DNA of 47,270 nt from Desulfobacter postgatei (lineage in GTDB: Bacteria > Desulfobacterota > Desulfobacteria > Desulfobacterales > Desulfobacteraceae), in the NCBI GenBank assembly GCA_003252055.1, contig QKDP01000192.1:1-47270 (forward strand). The letters run 5' to 3'. Under the pieces are notes generated by a model. That model worked only from the letters and a program-made list of their open reading frames with translations, did not search any database and was not told where the DNA came from. Made by a program: the position numbers and the translations under genes. Shown here piece after piece: positions 1 through 8,934 of this stretch (position 1 is the stretch's first letter; every line of letters begins with the position of its first letter).

Positions 1-1392
1 GGTTCTGAAAACCATGTTTTCCGATACAGCGGTGTAGTTGGTGTCGATGATCTCGTTTAAGCTTAAATCGGACAAAATTCTTGCATCTGTCCCGGGCCGC
101 ATGAATTCGCCGCGTTCAATAAGATCTTTGAAATAAAAGGAAGAGGGCTCGATAATATGGCTTAACGTAGATGAAATGGAAGAAACCAGCAGCAAAAGCA
201 AAATAGCCTCGTAGCCGCCGGTAATTTCTGCAATCAGAAAAATACTGCTCAATGGCGCCTGCATAACCCCGGACATGATACCGGCCATGCCTAGAAGGGC
301 ATAAGCGCCTTCTGAGGTGACTGCGGCATTGGGGAAAACGAACATCATGGCCTTGTAAAACACCACCCCGGAAAGGCTGCCGATGACCAGGCAGGGTGCA
401 AAGATGCCACCGGAACCTCCCCAGCCAAGGGTTATGGCCGTGACAAATATCTTTAAAAAAAGACCGAGGAATATGAGCCAGAATGCCATGGGAAAAGTGC
501 CGCTCACCATTTCCATGATCGGGTGATACCCCTCACCCAGCACCATGGGCATGAAAATCCCAGTGGTACCTACTGCGCAGCCGCCGATCATTGCCCGAAG
601 CCAGGGGGAGACAGGTGTTCGTTTGGCCAAGGCCCCAACTTTTCTGAGCGTCCGTGTAACGATCACGGATATCATGGCGGTGAACAGGGCAAGCCCGATA
701 CTGCCCAGAATATCACCTGTAAAAATACTGAAGGGGTGATGCTGGAAAAGCTCTTTTTCAGGGATAATGGCTTCACAGATCTGTGCGCCGGCCACAGCAG
801 CAATGGTAATTGGGATGATATTGACAAATTTCCATTCCCCAAGAATAATCTCAACGGAAAAAATAAGACCGGCCACAGGGGCGTGAAAAATGGCAGAAAT
901 GGCACCTGCGGTACCACAGCCCACCAACGTCATGCGCTGTCTGTCATTCAGGCCTAAAAATTTAGCGATATTAGATCCTATGGCGGACCCGCTCATGACA
1001 ATCGGGGCCTCAGGGCCTGCAGACCCGCCGCTGGCAATGGTTAAAAAACTGGATATAAGCCTGGAAAAGGTAGAGCGAAACCGCAATAGCCCCCCCCGCC
1101 TGGATACGGCATATATGACTTCCGGCACACCATGGCCGGCACCTTCCCGCATGACCTTGTCAAGAAATAAAAAGGAGAGCATGGCGCCGATGCCGGGCAG
1201 AATAAATGCCCAGGCATACTGGCGGTACGGTGCAAGAAATTCAAGGACCGACGCCAGGGACAGCCTTAATGCTACGGCTGCAAGGCCTGCAAAAATGCCG
1301 ACAACTGCGCCCGCAGTCATCAGCACAGGCCGGTCCTCAAAAAGAAAAAACTTTGCATAAAAAATATTATAGATTTGTTTAATTGTGCGCAT
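1..1392 (-). CDS. ClC-family chloride channel/antiporter, probably with C-terminal CBS domains; truncated by the window edge (absent from the ORF track)
   Basis: Manual translation of segments from ATG 1392 (MRTIKQIYNIF...), frame still open at position 1. ClC motifs GHGVPE (1120-1137), GGSAGPEAP, FHAPVAGLIFSVE and GGSGGIFAP. Confidence 0.9.
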   Translation of the reverse strand, partial: MRTIKQIYNIFYAKFFLFEDRPVLMTAGAVVGIFAGLAAVALRLSLASVLEFLAPYRQYAWAFILPGIGAMLSFLFLDKVMREGAGHGVPEVIYAVSRRGGLLRFRSTFSRLISSFLTIASGGSAGPEAPIVMSGSAIGSNIAKFLGLNDRQRMTLVGCGTAGAISAIFHAPVAGLIFSVEIILGEWKFVNIIPITIAAVAGAQICEAIIPEKELFQHHPFSIFTGDILGSIGLALFTAMISVIVTRTLRKVGALAKRTPVSPWLRAMIGGCAVGTTGIFMPMVLGEGYHPIMEMVSGTFPMAFWLIFLGLFLKIFVTAITLGWGGSGGIFAPCLVIGSLSGVVFYKAMMFVFPNAAVTSEGAYALLGMAGIMSGVMQAPLSSIFLIAEITGGYEAILLLLLVSSISSTLSHIIEPSSFYFKDLIERGEFMRPGTDARILSDLSLNEIIDTNYTAVSENMVFRT

Positions 1393-1411
1393 AGTGAGTC
1401 CGGATAACCGC

Positions 1412-2089
1412 TTACATCTTTTCGGCTAGGTGCAGGGCATCAATTTTTTGGATCAACTCGGATTGTTCCGGGCAGGTTTTTAAAAATTCACTGAACTGCC
1501 TGTTCCGTAAACATAAAGAAAGGGATGAGAGCAGATGAAGGTGAAACTTTAATTCCGGAAAGAGGATAAAAAACAGGGTAGATACAGGCTGGTTGTCCAA
1601 TGCATGATAATCCACCGGAGTTTTAAGGAAGCAGGCTGCAACTATAGGTTGTTCAAGATATTCAAGAGGTGTTCTTGGGTGGGGAATGGCAATGCCGCCG
1701 CCAATCCCTGTGGACAGCGCTTCTTCCCTTTTAACAAGCTGCTGGACAAGATCCGTTTTAAAATCATCCGGTACCGCCTTAATTCTTTCAACGCATGCGT
1801 TAATTACAGACGGCACATCCGGCCCTGTGTTAATATCGTGATACACGCCGCCGGTCTCAAGGGCAGTGGACAAAGAAACCTGCACTTCAGTCTCAGACCC
1901 CAGGGCAGGGCGGGGCTCCAGGTTAAGGGAAATATGGTTTTTCGCAGCCCAGTTTTTCAAATCCCTGACATGAAAGCTGTAGGTACGTCCCTTTTTAGAC
2001 ACAGGCAGCTTTCCCTGACGGATCCAGCGCTCTATGGTTGTACGGGATACCCCTATAGACTTGCATAACTCAGATATTAGAATTTCCAT
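1412..2089 (-). CDS. PTS EIIA (PtsN/fructose-type) domain protein with N-terminal excisionase-like HTH
   Basis: N-terminal ISELCKSIGVSRTTIERWIRQGKLP HTH; EIIA motif REEALSTGIGGGIAIPHPR with the phosphorylatable His. Confidence 0.85.
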   Translation of the reverse strand: MEILISELCKSIGVSRTTIERWIRQGKLPVSKKGRTYSFHVRDLKNWAAKNHISLNLEPRPALGSETEVQVSLSTALETGGVYHDINTGPDVPSVINACVERIKAVPDDFKTDLVQQLVKREEALSTGIGGGIAIPHPRTPLEYLEQPIVAACFLKTPVDYHALDNQPVSTLFFILFPELKFHLHLLSSLSLCLRNRQFSEFLKTCPEQSELIQKIDALHLAEKM

Positions 2090-2194
2090 CTTTTCCTGAC
2101 GCTGCCTGCAGCATACTAAACTTTATTTTAACTTTTGATGCTTTATATAAACCAAACCAACCGGAATAACAACCCCGGTCCCTCCTTTGAATTT

Positions 2195-2229
2195 AAAAGG
2201 GATAAAAGCCTGTGGCTTTTATCCCTTTT
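2195..2229. terminator. Perfect 16-bp hairpin, likely bidirectional intrinsic terminator after the SulP/two-component operon
   Basis: AAAAGGGATAAAAGCC-TGT-GGCTTTTATCCCTTTT. Confidence 0.7.
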
Positions 2230-2273
2230 TCTGATCCGGTGAACGAACCGGCCAAAAGCTTAAGTTTTAGGGC

Positions 2274-2702
2274 CTACCACCCCCGGGATTCCATGATATC
2301 TTTAATTCTTTGCTCTGCTTTTTTCTCCACCAGGATCATTTTTTTGGCCTGGGCTTTTTTAATCTTTTCCGTCAGGGTCGTCATGTCAGCCGGCTTTTCA
2401 AGTAAATCCATGGCACCCAGTTTCATGGCCTCTATGCCTTTTTCAACCGTGGCATGCCCGGTCAAAAGAATCACCTGAAGTTCAGGTCTTTTCTTTTTCA
2501 GGATTTTTAAGGTTTCGATACCATCCATTTCTGGCATCTGCAGATCAAGGACCACCACGTCAAAGGATTTTTCTTCAACGTTTTTCAGGCCTTCAATGGC
2601 GGAACTCGACGTACTCACCGTCATTCCCCGGTTCGTCATTCTCTCTGCCAGGGCTTCTGTGAACTCCTGTTCGTCATCTATAATTAAAACTTTTTCCTTC
2701 AT
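2274..2702 (-). CDS. Single-domain response regulator (REC plus charged C-terminal helix)
   Basis: KVLIIDDE, VVLDLQMPEMDG (acceptor Asp), LTGHA, EKP; SD AGGAG upstream. Confidence 0.92.
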   Translation of the reverse strand: MKEKVLIIDDEQEFTEALAERMTNRGMTVSTSSSAIEGLKNVEEKSFDVVVLDLQMPEMDGIETLKILKKKRPELQVILLTGHATVEKGIEAMKLGAMDLLEKPADMTTLTEKIKKAQAKKMILVEKKAEQRIKDIMESRGW

Positions 2703-2765
2703 TGCCGGGGTCTCCTTTTAATTAGTTGATATTAAAGAAGCTGTTATCTGTTGAGATTGTTTTTT

Positions 2766-3413
2766 TTATTTGCCAAATACAAGATCAGCCCTGGTGTGCT
2801 GATCATCCAATACAATTTTCGCCTGGAATAGATCCAAGGTCTGAGCGCTTGCCTGCCGGTCAAAATTGGCGGCAAAAGGCTGTTCACTCTGAACACTTAA
2901 ACAAATCTGCTTATTCTCGTCTTCTATAGATGATATATTGAGAACGGCACCTGATGCAAGGTTTTCCGTTGCATTTTCTAAAATAGACCAGATTAGAAAC
3001 AATAAAAAGAAAAGTGATCCATTGACATAAAGTGTGTCGGCAGCCTGGGTATGATTCACCTTAATGCCTTTATTGGCAATGATCCTGGCACCAAGACCCA
3101 GGGCAAGCCCCACTGCCTCATCCAGATCTATCCGCTGTTCCGGCTTGTCCATACTGTGGGAAAAGGTATTAAGGGATTTCACGATACCATCAGCCCTGGA
3201 GATCTGTTTTTCAATGCGCTGGACAATCCCTGAAAAACGCTCGATATCAGGTGGAACGCCTTTTTGGGCCATCATAAGATGATCAGACATCAGTCCTGCA
3301 TTTTCATTCATGATGGCCAGGCAGTTTTTAATATCATGGGATATGGATGCCCCCATCCGGCCGAAATAAGCCGGGCCGTATTGATCTGTAATTTCCTGAG
3401 CCGTGTGTTTCAA
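2766..3413 (-). CDS. Histidine-kinase-like protein: HisKA domain plus degenerate HATPase, no sensor or TM region
   Basis: H-box ASISHDIKNCLAIMNE, N-box-like ILENA; no DxGxG or GxGLG boxes. TTG start overlaps the upstream stop. Confidence 0.75.
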   Translation of the reverse strand: MKHTAQEITDQYGPAYFGRMGASISHDIKNCLAIMNENAGLMSDHLMMAQKGVPPDIERFSGIVQRIEKQISRADGIVKSLNTFSHSMDKPEQRIDLDEAVGLALGLGARIIANKGIKVNHTQAADTLYVNGSLFFLLFLIWSILENATENLASGAVLNISSIEDENKQICLSVQSEQPFAANFDRQASAQTLDLFQAKIVLDDQHTRADLVFGK

Positions 3414-3781
3414 CTTTTTCCTCCATCAAGCATGACCTGGTTGAGCTTTTCAATCAGACTGTCAATTTCCACTGGTTTAACAAGATAAAAAGCCTCTCCG
3501 GTCTGGGAACACCCTTCATGGTAGCATTCTTCAGACCCGTGGCCGGTCATAAAAATAAACTTGAGTTCAGGACATATCGCCTCCATCTGCTCCTTGAGCT
3601 CAAAGCCGTTCATATCCGGCATCTGAACATCCAGAACCGCGATGTCATAGCTTTGATCAGACAGCATGGCAATGGCATCACTGGGCCTGACAGCCCAGTG
3701 TGCATCAATTCCTCTGTACCCAAGTCGTTCTGCCAGGGTAGAGACCAGTTCCTTCTCATCATCGACCAGAAGTATCTGCAT
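3410..3781 (-). CDS. Single-domain response regulator
   Basis: ILLVDDE, AVLDVQMPDMNG, MTGHG, YLVKP. Confidence 0.92.
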   Translation of the reverse strand: MQILLVDDEKELVSTLAERLGYRGIDAHWAVRPSDAIAMLSDQSYDIAVLDVQMPDMNGFELKEQMEAICPELKFIFMTGHGSEECYHEGCSQTGEAFYLVKPVEIDSLIEKLNQVMLDGGKS

Positions 3782-3784
3782 AAT

Positions 3785-5512
3785 TTACTCTTCTTTCTGT
3801 GTTGTTGTGGGCAGATGTACTATAAATGTTGTGCCCTCATTAAGCTTGCTTTCTACGTTAATCCGCCCCCCCAGTTCCTGGACAAGGCCATAGGTGATGG
3901 AAAGTCCTAGACCGGTGCCGCCCTGATTGGTCTTTGTGGAGAAAAACGGTTCAAAAATATGTTTAAGATTTTCAGGGGAAATACCACATCCACTATCGCT
4001 TATCTTAAGGCGAACAAATGGTTCATCTGTTTTTTGTGCACTGATGGAAAGCCTGCCGTCCCGGGGCATGGCCGCAAATGCGTTATTTACTATGTTTAAA
4101 AGAACCTGCTGAAGCTTACCCCGGTTGCCAATGACCTGGGGCAGGGTATCAGGCACATCTATATCAACAAAAATATTTTTTAACTGAGCTTCTTTTACCA
4201 GAAACACCAGCACTTCATCAAGAACAGATTTAAGGGTTAAGGGTACGGGAACGGTTTGGGTCTGACGACCGAAACTGAGCAGTTGGCGTGTAATCCTGCT
4301 GCACCGCTTCACCGAGGTAAGGATAACATCCACAGTTTCAAGAAGTCTTGGGTCCTTTTTCAGCTCCGGCTTGAAATGGGCCATATCCTTTATGAGCCCT
4401 GCCTTTTCATTGATAATGGCCAAAGGATTGTTGATCTCATGGGCCACACCTGCGGCAAGCCGGCCGATGGAAGCCATCTTGTTTTCATATTCAGCCATGT
4501 GAAAATATTTGGAGCGTTTAAGGTCTAAAAGTTTCAGACGCCGGACAAAATAACCCGTCACGGCCCAGATCCATAAAAGAATGGCAGATATGCTGATGCC
4601 CAGGTACTTGATTAATGTCACCTTACTGTCATGCCAGGGAGACATGAGTACCTGTTTGGATTTAAGCACCACCAGGATAAACGGCGTATTGGGTATCTGC
4701 CTGAACGCTGCGATCAAATCCTCTCCACCTTTTGATGTAATCGTCATGGTACGGGTTTGGTCCGTGGCAGGGGGTAAAGCAATGTTTGTTTTTTCAAGCA
4801 CATCCCCAAAATAGTGGGAAGGTGTTTGAAGCACGCCTTGGGTATTGATCAAAAAGGCATCCCCGTTAATCGATGTCTTGACCTGGGATAAAATTCCGGG
4901 CAGCTGGTGTTCAATGGTGGCCCGGATAATGAAATAGGTATTATCCGGGGCCGTATGACGCAGGGCAATGGAAATATGGGGAACGTTTCTAAATCCTAGA
5001 AATACATCACTTACAGAAGTCCCGTGGGCTATGGTGTCCTTGAACCATTGCTGATCCTTGTAATTTTTTCCTGCCAGGCCATGGGGACCGGCATAGGCAC
5101 TTTGAACACCCGTGGCGTTAATAATGCCGATATCCGTAAATCCCCCAAAGCTTTGGTGCAGAATATTTAAAATCTTGGTCAGTTGTGGTGTATTCCCAAG
5201 CTGCTCAAAGGAATTGGAGCGCACCACGTAGTTTAATGCATTTTTGCGCTCATCTAAAAAAGAGGCAAGTGAACGCCAGGTATTTGAGGCCAGGCGGGAA
5301 GCCCTGGCCTCAGCATCATTTTCCAGAGACCGCCGGGTCAGGTTGTAATCCAGGACGCCAAAAAATATAACAGGAATAATGGCAAATGCGGCTGTCAGCA
5401 CAAAGGAGAGCAGCCATATTTTTTTGTAATTAAGAAATCCCTCTGTAAGCGGTTTGGTTCCTGGGACCGTGTCCCCCGCTTTTTTTTCTGTATGCTTAGT
5501 TTCCAGCGCCAT
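3785..5512 (-). CDS. Membrane sensor histidine kinase with Cache-like periplasmic domain
   Basis: Two TM segments; H-box AAGVAHEINNPL, N-box QVLLNIVNNA, DSGCGI, FEPFFSTK, GTGLGL. Confidence 0.93.
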   Translation of the reverse strand: MALETKHTEKKAGDTVPGTKPLTEGFLNYKKIWLLSFVLTAAFAIIPVIFFGVLDYNLTRRSLENDAEARASRLASNTWRSLASFLDERKNALNYVVRSNSFEQLGNTPQLTKILNILHQSFGGFTDIGIINATGVQSAYAGPHGLAGKNYKDQQWFKDTIAHGTSVSDVFLGFRNVPHISIALRHTAPDNTYFIIRATIEHQLPGILSQVKTSINGDAFLINTQGVLQTPSHYFGDVLEKTNIALPPATDQTRTMTITSKGGEDLIAAFRQIPNTPFILVVLKSKQVLMSPWHDSKVTLIKYLGISISAILLWIWAVTGYFVRRLKLLDLKRSKYFHMAEYENKMASIGRLAAGVAHEINNPLAIINEKAGLIKDMAHFKPELKKDPRLLETVDVILTSVKRCSRITRQLLSFGRQTQTVPVPLTLKSVLDEVLVFLVKEAQLKNIFVDIDVPDTLPQVIGNRGKLQQVLLNIVNNAFAAMPRDGRLSISAQKTDEPFVRLKISDSGCGISPENLKHIFEPFFSTKTNQGGTGLGLSITYGLVQELGGRINVESKLNEGTTFIVHLPTTTQKEE

Positions 5513-5542
5513 GGTGATGATCCTGTACCTGCACTCTTTAAG

Positions 5543-6760
5543 TTAGCTTTGTTTCTTCCGGATTTTTTCATTGGCCGCCTTCAAATTCCGGCTTAATTCC
5601 TCTATATCCACGGGTTTCTGCAGATAGGCAAAAGCCCCAAGCTTCATGCAGATCTCCCTGTCAGCCTCTGACCCATGGCCTGTTAGAATGATGACTTCGA
5701 TTTCAGGCCTGGATGCTTTGACTTTTTTAAGCACTTCAATACCGTCGATACCCGGCATTTTCAAATCCAGAATCATCACATCCGGTTCATCCGCTTCCAC
5801 AAGATTTAAGGCGGATTCACCGTCATAGGCAATGGCAGACCCCACGTCACGCATCTGCAGTCTTTCGGAAAGGGTCTGTACAAATTCACGTTCATCATCC
5901 ACTAAAAGCACTTTTGACGGTACCTGGAAATCGAACCTGCGATAGATATCTGTCTGGTAAAACCCCTTGCCGATCCGGGTTTCAACGGACGATACCCCTT
6001 CAACTTGTTGTACTATACTTTTGAGCTCTTCTTCAAGTTTTCCCAAAAGAAGAACATTGGTATTGATGGTCAAGGTAACCAGCCCGTCCCGGGCACTGAC
6101 ACTGATCGCATGGCCTTCTTTGGACAATGCCACTTCCACCCGGGCTGCCAGGGCAAAATCATCAGCTGCCTTTCTTGATGCCTTGGTGGGCTGAATCACT
6201 TCATTTTTCAAATTTTCAAGAATCAGGGAAACCGCTTCATCTTTGGTCATCTTGTCCGTGGGCAGAATCATGTCGTAAAGGGAAGCGTCCCAGGGATCGA
6301 TAATCTTATAAAGCGTATTCGTCCATGCACTGTAAGATTCGTCATTTTTTGATACCAGACTGAGAGCATTTTTTTCATTTAAGTTCTGCGCTTTCATGGC
6401 CTGTTCAATTCGGACTGTCTTGTCTGCAATCAGGCATATTCTTAACACATGGCTGATGGATGCAGGGATCAAAAGGCTTGTAAATCCGTCAATCACCAAA
6501 TTATCCTGGGACATGCTCTCTGCGACGGCAAGTCGCAGGTAAGCAATGGCGCGCTCTTTTTCGTGGGTGAATTTATTGAATACCGATGTTTTTTCAAGAA
6601 AAGACCTGGCAATTTTCTTTTCGGACATTCCGGACAGCCGGCCGGCTGAGGCCACCAGATCATTGTCTGACAGCAGTTTAAATCCGCTTTGATCAATAAC
6701 ATCTGAAATAATTGACGCTTTGCCGCAATATGAACCGCTGAAAAATGTCAGTATGGACAT
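5543..6760 (-). CDS. Cytidylate-kinase-like domain + BON-like domain + C-terminal receiver domain
   Basis: P-loop-like FSGSYCGK at the N-terminus; DPWDASLYDMILPTD typical of the CMK-like family; BON-like ARVEVAL...VEGVSSV; REC VLLVDDE...MILDLKMPGIDG...LQKP. Confidence 0.8.
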   Translation of the reverse strand: MSILTFFSGSYCGKASIISDVIDQSGFKLLSDNDLVASAGRLSGMSEKKIARSFLEKTSVFNKFTHEKERAIAYLRLAVAESMSQDNLVIDGFTSLLIPASISHVLRICLIADKTVRIEQAMKAQNLNEKNALSLVSKNDESYSAWTNTLYKIIDPWDASLYDMILPTDKMTKDEAVSLILENLKNEVIQPTKASRKAADDFALAARVEVALSKEGHAISVSARDGLVTLTINTNVLLLGKLEEELKSIVQQVEGVSSVETRIGKGFYQTDIYRRFDFQVPSKVLLVDDEREFVQTLSERLQMRDVGSAIAYDGESALNLVEADEPDVMILDLKMPGIDGIEVLKKVKASRPEIEVIILTGHGSEADREICMKLGAFAYLQKPVDIEELSRNLKAANEKIRKKQS

Positions 6761-6772
6761 GGGATGTCTCCT

Positions 6773-8908
6773 TTATTTAATTGATTGGGTTCCCAGGAGG
6801 TTTATGAGTAATGGACACTGATCTTCCGTGGTATTAACATGGGTCTGTTCATGGACGCTTGACAGTGCTTTTTCCATGGTGGGGTAAATGTTGTGAACCC
6901 CGATCTCTTCAAGCAAATGCGTACGTGCAAGTACCTTGTAAACCGCATCATTGACCCCGCTTAACGACACGCCGTATCCGGCACTTCTCAAACGCTGAAT
7001 AACAAGGGCCAGCGTCTCCTGGCCGGAGGCATCTATATCATTGATACCGTTGCAGGCGATAATAAAGTGTCTGAGATCAGATTCCTTCTGGATCCGTTCA
7101 TTGATTTCATCTTCAAGGTAGCTGGCATTGGCAAAAAACAGCGGGCCTTCAAAACGGATCAGTTGAATGTGACAACAGGTGGCAAGTTCATGTACATACG
7201 AATCTTTCAGTGCCTGATCTTTGCCTCTTGAAAGAATGCTGATTTTGGGGCGCATGCTTTTATACAGGAATACGGCCAAAGAGAGGCCGACACCAGTATA
7301 AATACCGCTTTCAAGGTGAGGTGCCACAGCCAGGGTGACAACAAAGGTAATCACGGAAATCAGGCCGTCATACCACTGTGCGTGCCAGGCATGAACAAAA
7401 CCTGAAACGTTTACAAGCCCGATAACCGCCATCATGATAACCGAAGCAAGGACTGCCTGGGGCAGATGGTAAAGCAACGGTGTAAAAAACAGCAGGGCGA
7501 TAATGACCATAAGACTTGTGATGACACTGGAAATACCGGAAACGGCGCCGGACTGGAGATTAACGGCACTTCTGGAAAAAGAACCGGATACCGGATAACT
7601 TTTGCCGAAAGAGCCCAGGATATTGGAAAGACCCTGCCCGATGAGTTCCTGGTTGGGATCAAGCCTTTGTCCGGTTTTGGCTGCCATGGCCTTGGCAATG
7701 GCAATGGCTTCCATGAAACCGAGCAGGGAGATGATAACGGCATAGGGCAAAAGCTGCAGGAACATGGACGCATTGAGTTTCGGGATGCCGATTTTAGGCA
7801 GCCCCTTTGGGATTTCACCCACTACGGCGCCACCACCGGTCAACACCAGGGATTCTGTTTTAAGCGCTTTATTGCCCATCTTGATACGGTATACCCTGTC
7901 ATCTACCCTGGGATCCGGCACTTGGCCGTCTTTGGGGTAAAACACAACGCCTTTATTTGCATCCTCAACAGCGCTGAACTTCATCTCCCGAAGCCGGGTA
8001 CGAATTTGAGACGCCAGGCTTTTGGCCGTATCTATTTTAGTTGTAAATACCCTGGACTGGTATTCCAGATCCAGCCGGTCAAGGGGGGAGGCGTCGTGGC
8101 TGTTTTTTATTTTGGACGAAAGCGTTGTCCGTTCAACACTCAAAGTGTCAATGGCTTCAACAGTTTGGTTAAACGATACAATATCGTGTTGAACCTGCTC
8201 ATCCATGATCTGGTTAATTGCCACGGTTTCATTATGCTGGAACCCGATAGCCCAGGAAATGATGGTGGTGACGGCAACCGCCACAAGCACATAAGGGATT
8301 CTTGGATTCAGCCGTTTTAACCCCACCATGATGGCAATGGATAAAAGCCCCATGGCAAGGGTGGGCAGATGGGTATAATGAAAGGCACTTTCAATCACCC
8401 GTATAATGGTTTCATAGTGGTGACGCGCCTTGTCCACATATACGCCGAACAGTTTGGACAGCTGGGAGGTGGCAATGATAATTGCGGCAGCGTTGGTAAA
8501 ACCGTTAACAACAGGATGGGACAGGAAATTAACAATAAGACCCAGGCGCAGAATCCCAAGCAGCAGCTGGAATACGCCAACTGTTAACGCCAGGATAATT
8601 GCATAGGCAATAAATGCTTCACTTCCGGCTGATGCCAGAGGTTCAAGACTTGCTGCGGTCATCAAAGAGACCACGGCCACGGGGCCGGTTGCCAGCTGGC
8701 GGCTGGATCCGAACAAAGAAGCGATCATGGGGGGCAGAAATGCCGCATAAAGGCCGTAGTAGGCCGGCAGACCCGCCAGCTGGGCATAGGCCATGGACTG
8801 CGGAATAAGCACCAGGGCAACAGTGAGCCCGGCCACAAAATCAATTCTGAATTTGGCCAGGGAGTAATCTTTGAACCACTCTATGAACGGCAGTATTTTG
8901 GTTAACAT
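6773..8908 (-). CDS. sulP: SulP/SLC26-family anion permease with STAS domain
   Basis: DFVAGLTVALVLIPQSMAYA, GSSRQLATGPVA, DPNQEL, GSFSRSAVN; STAS RFEGPLFFANA...IDASG. ATG 8908 chosen for its SD (AAGGTG); the track start is GTG 8917. Confidence 0.95.
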   Translation of the reverse strand: MLTKILPFIEWFKDYSLAKFRIDFVAGLTVALVLIPQSMAYAQLAGLPAYYGLYAAFLPPMIASLFGSSRQLATGPVAVVSLMTAASLEPLASAGSEAFIAYAIILALTVGVFQLLLGILRLGLIVNFLSHPVVNGFTNAAAIIIATSQLSKLFGVYVDKARHHYETIIRVIESAFHYTHLPTLAMGLLSIAIMVGLKRLNPRIPYVLVAVAVTTIISWAIGFQHNETVAINQIMDEQVQHDIVSFNQTVEAIDTLSVERTTLSSKIKNSHDASPLDRLDLEYQSRVFTTKIDTAKSLASQIRTRLREMKFSAVEDANKGVVFYPKDGQVPDPRVDDRVYRIKMGNKALKTESLVLTGGGAVVGEIPKGLPKIGIPKLNASMFLQLLPYAVIISLLGFMEAIAIAKAMAAKTGQRLDPNQELIGQGLSNILGSFGKSYPVSGSFSRSAVNLQSGAVSGISSVITSLMVIIALLFFTPLLYHLPQAVLASVIMMAVIGLVNVSGFVHAWHAQWYDGLISVITFVVTLAVAPHLESGIYTGVGLSLAVFLYKSMRPKISILSRGKDQALKDSYVHELATCCHIQLIRFEGPLFFANASYLEDEINERIQKESDLRHFIIACNGINDIDASGQETLALVIQRLRSAGYGVSLSGVNDAVYKVLARTHLLEEIGVHNIYPTMEKALSSVHEQTHVNTTEDQCPLLINLLGTQSIK

Positions 8909-8934
8909 GTCGAACACCTTTCTAAATTGATTGT

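Noticed and set aside
523-1360. Plus-strand ORFs 523-957 and 890-1360
   Set aside because: Antisense shadows of the ClC gene, which the ORF track missed because it runs off the window edge.
7466-8320. 284-aa plus-strand ORF
   Set aside because: Fully antisense to sulP, with no recognisable motifs; typical shadow ORF.
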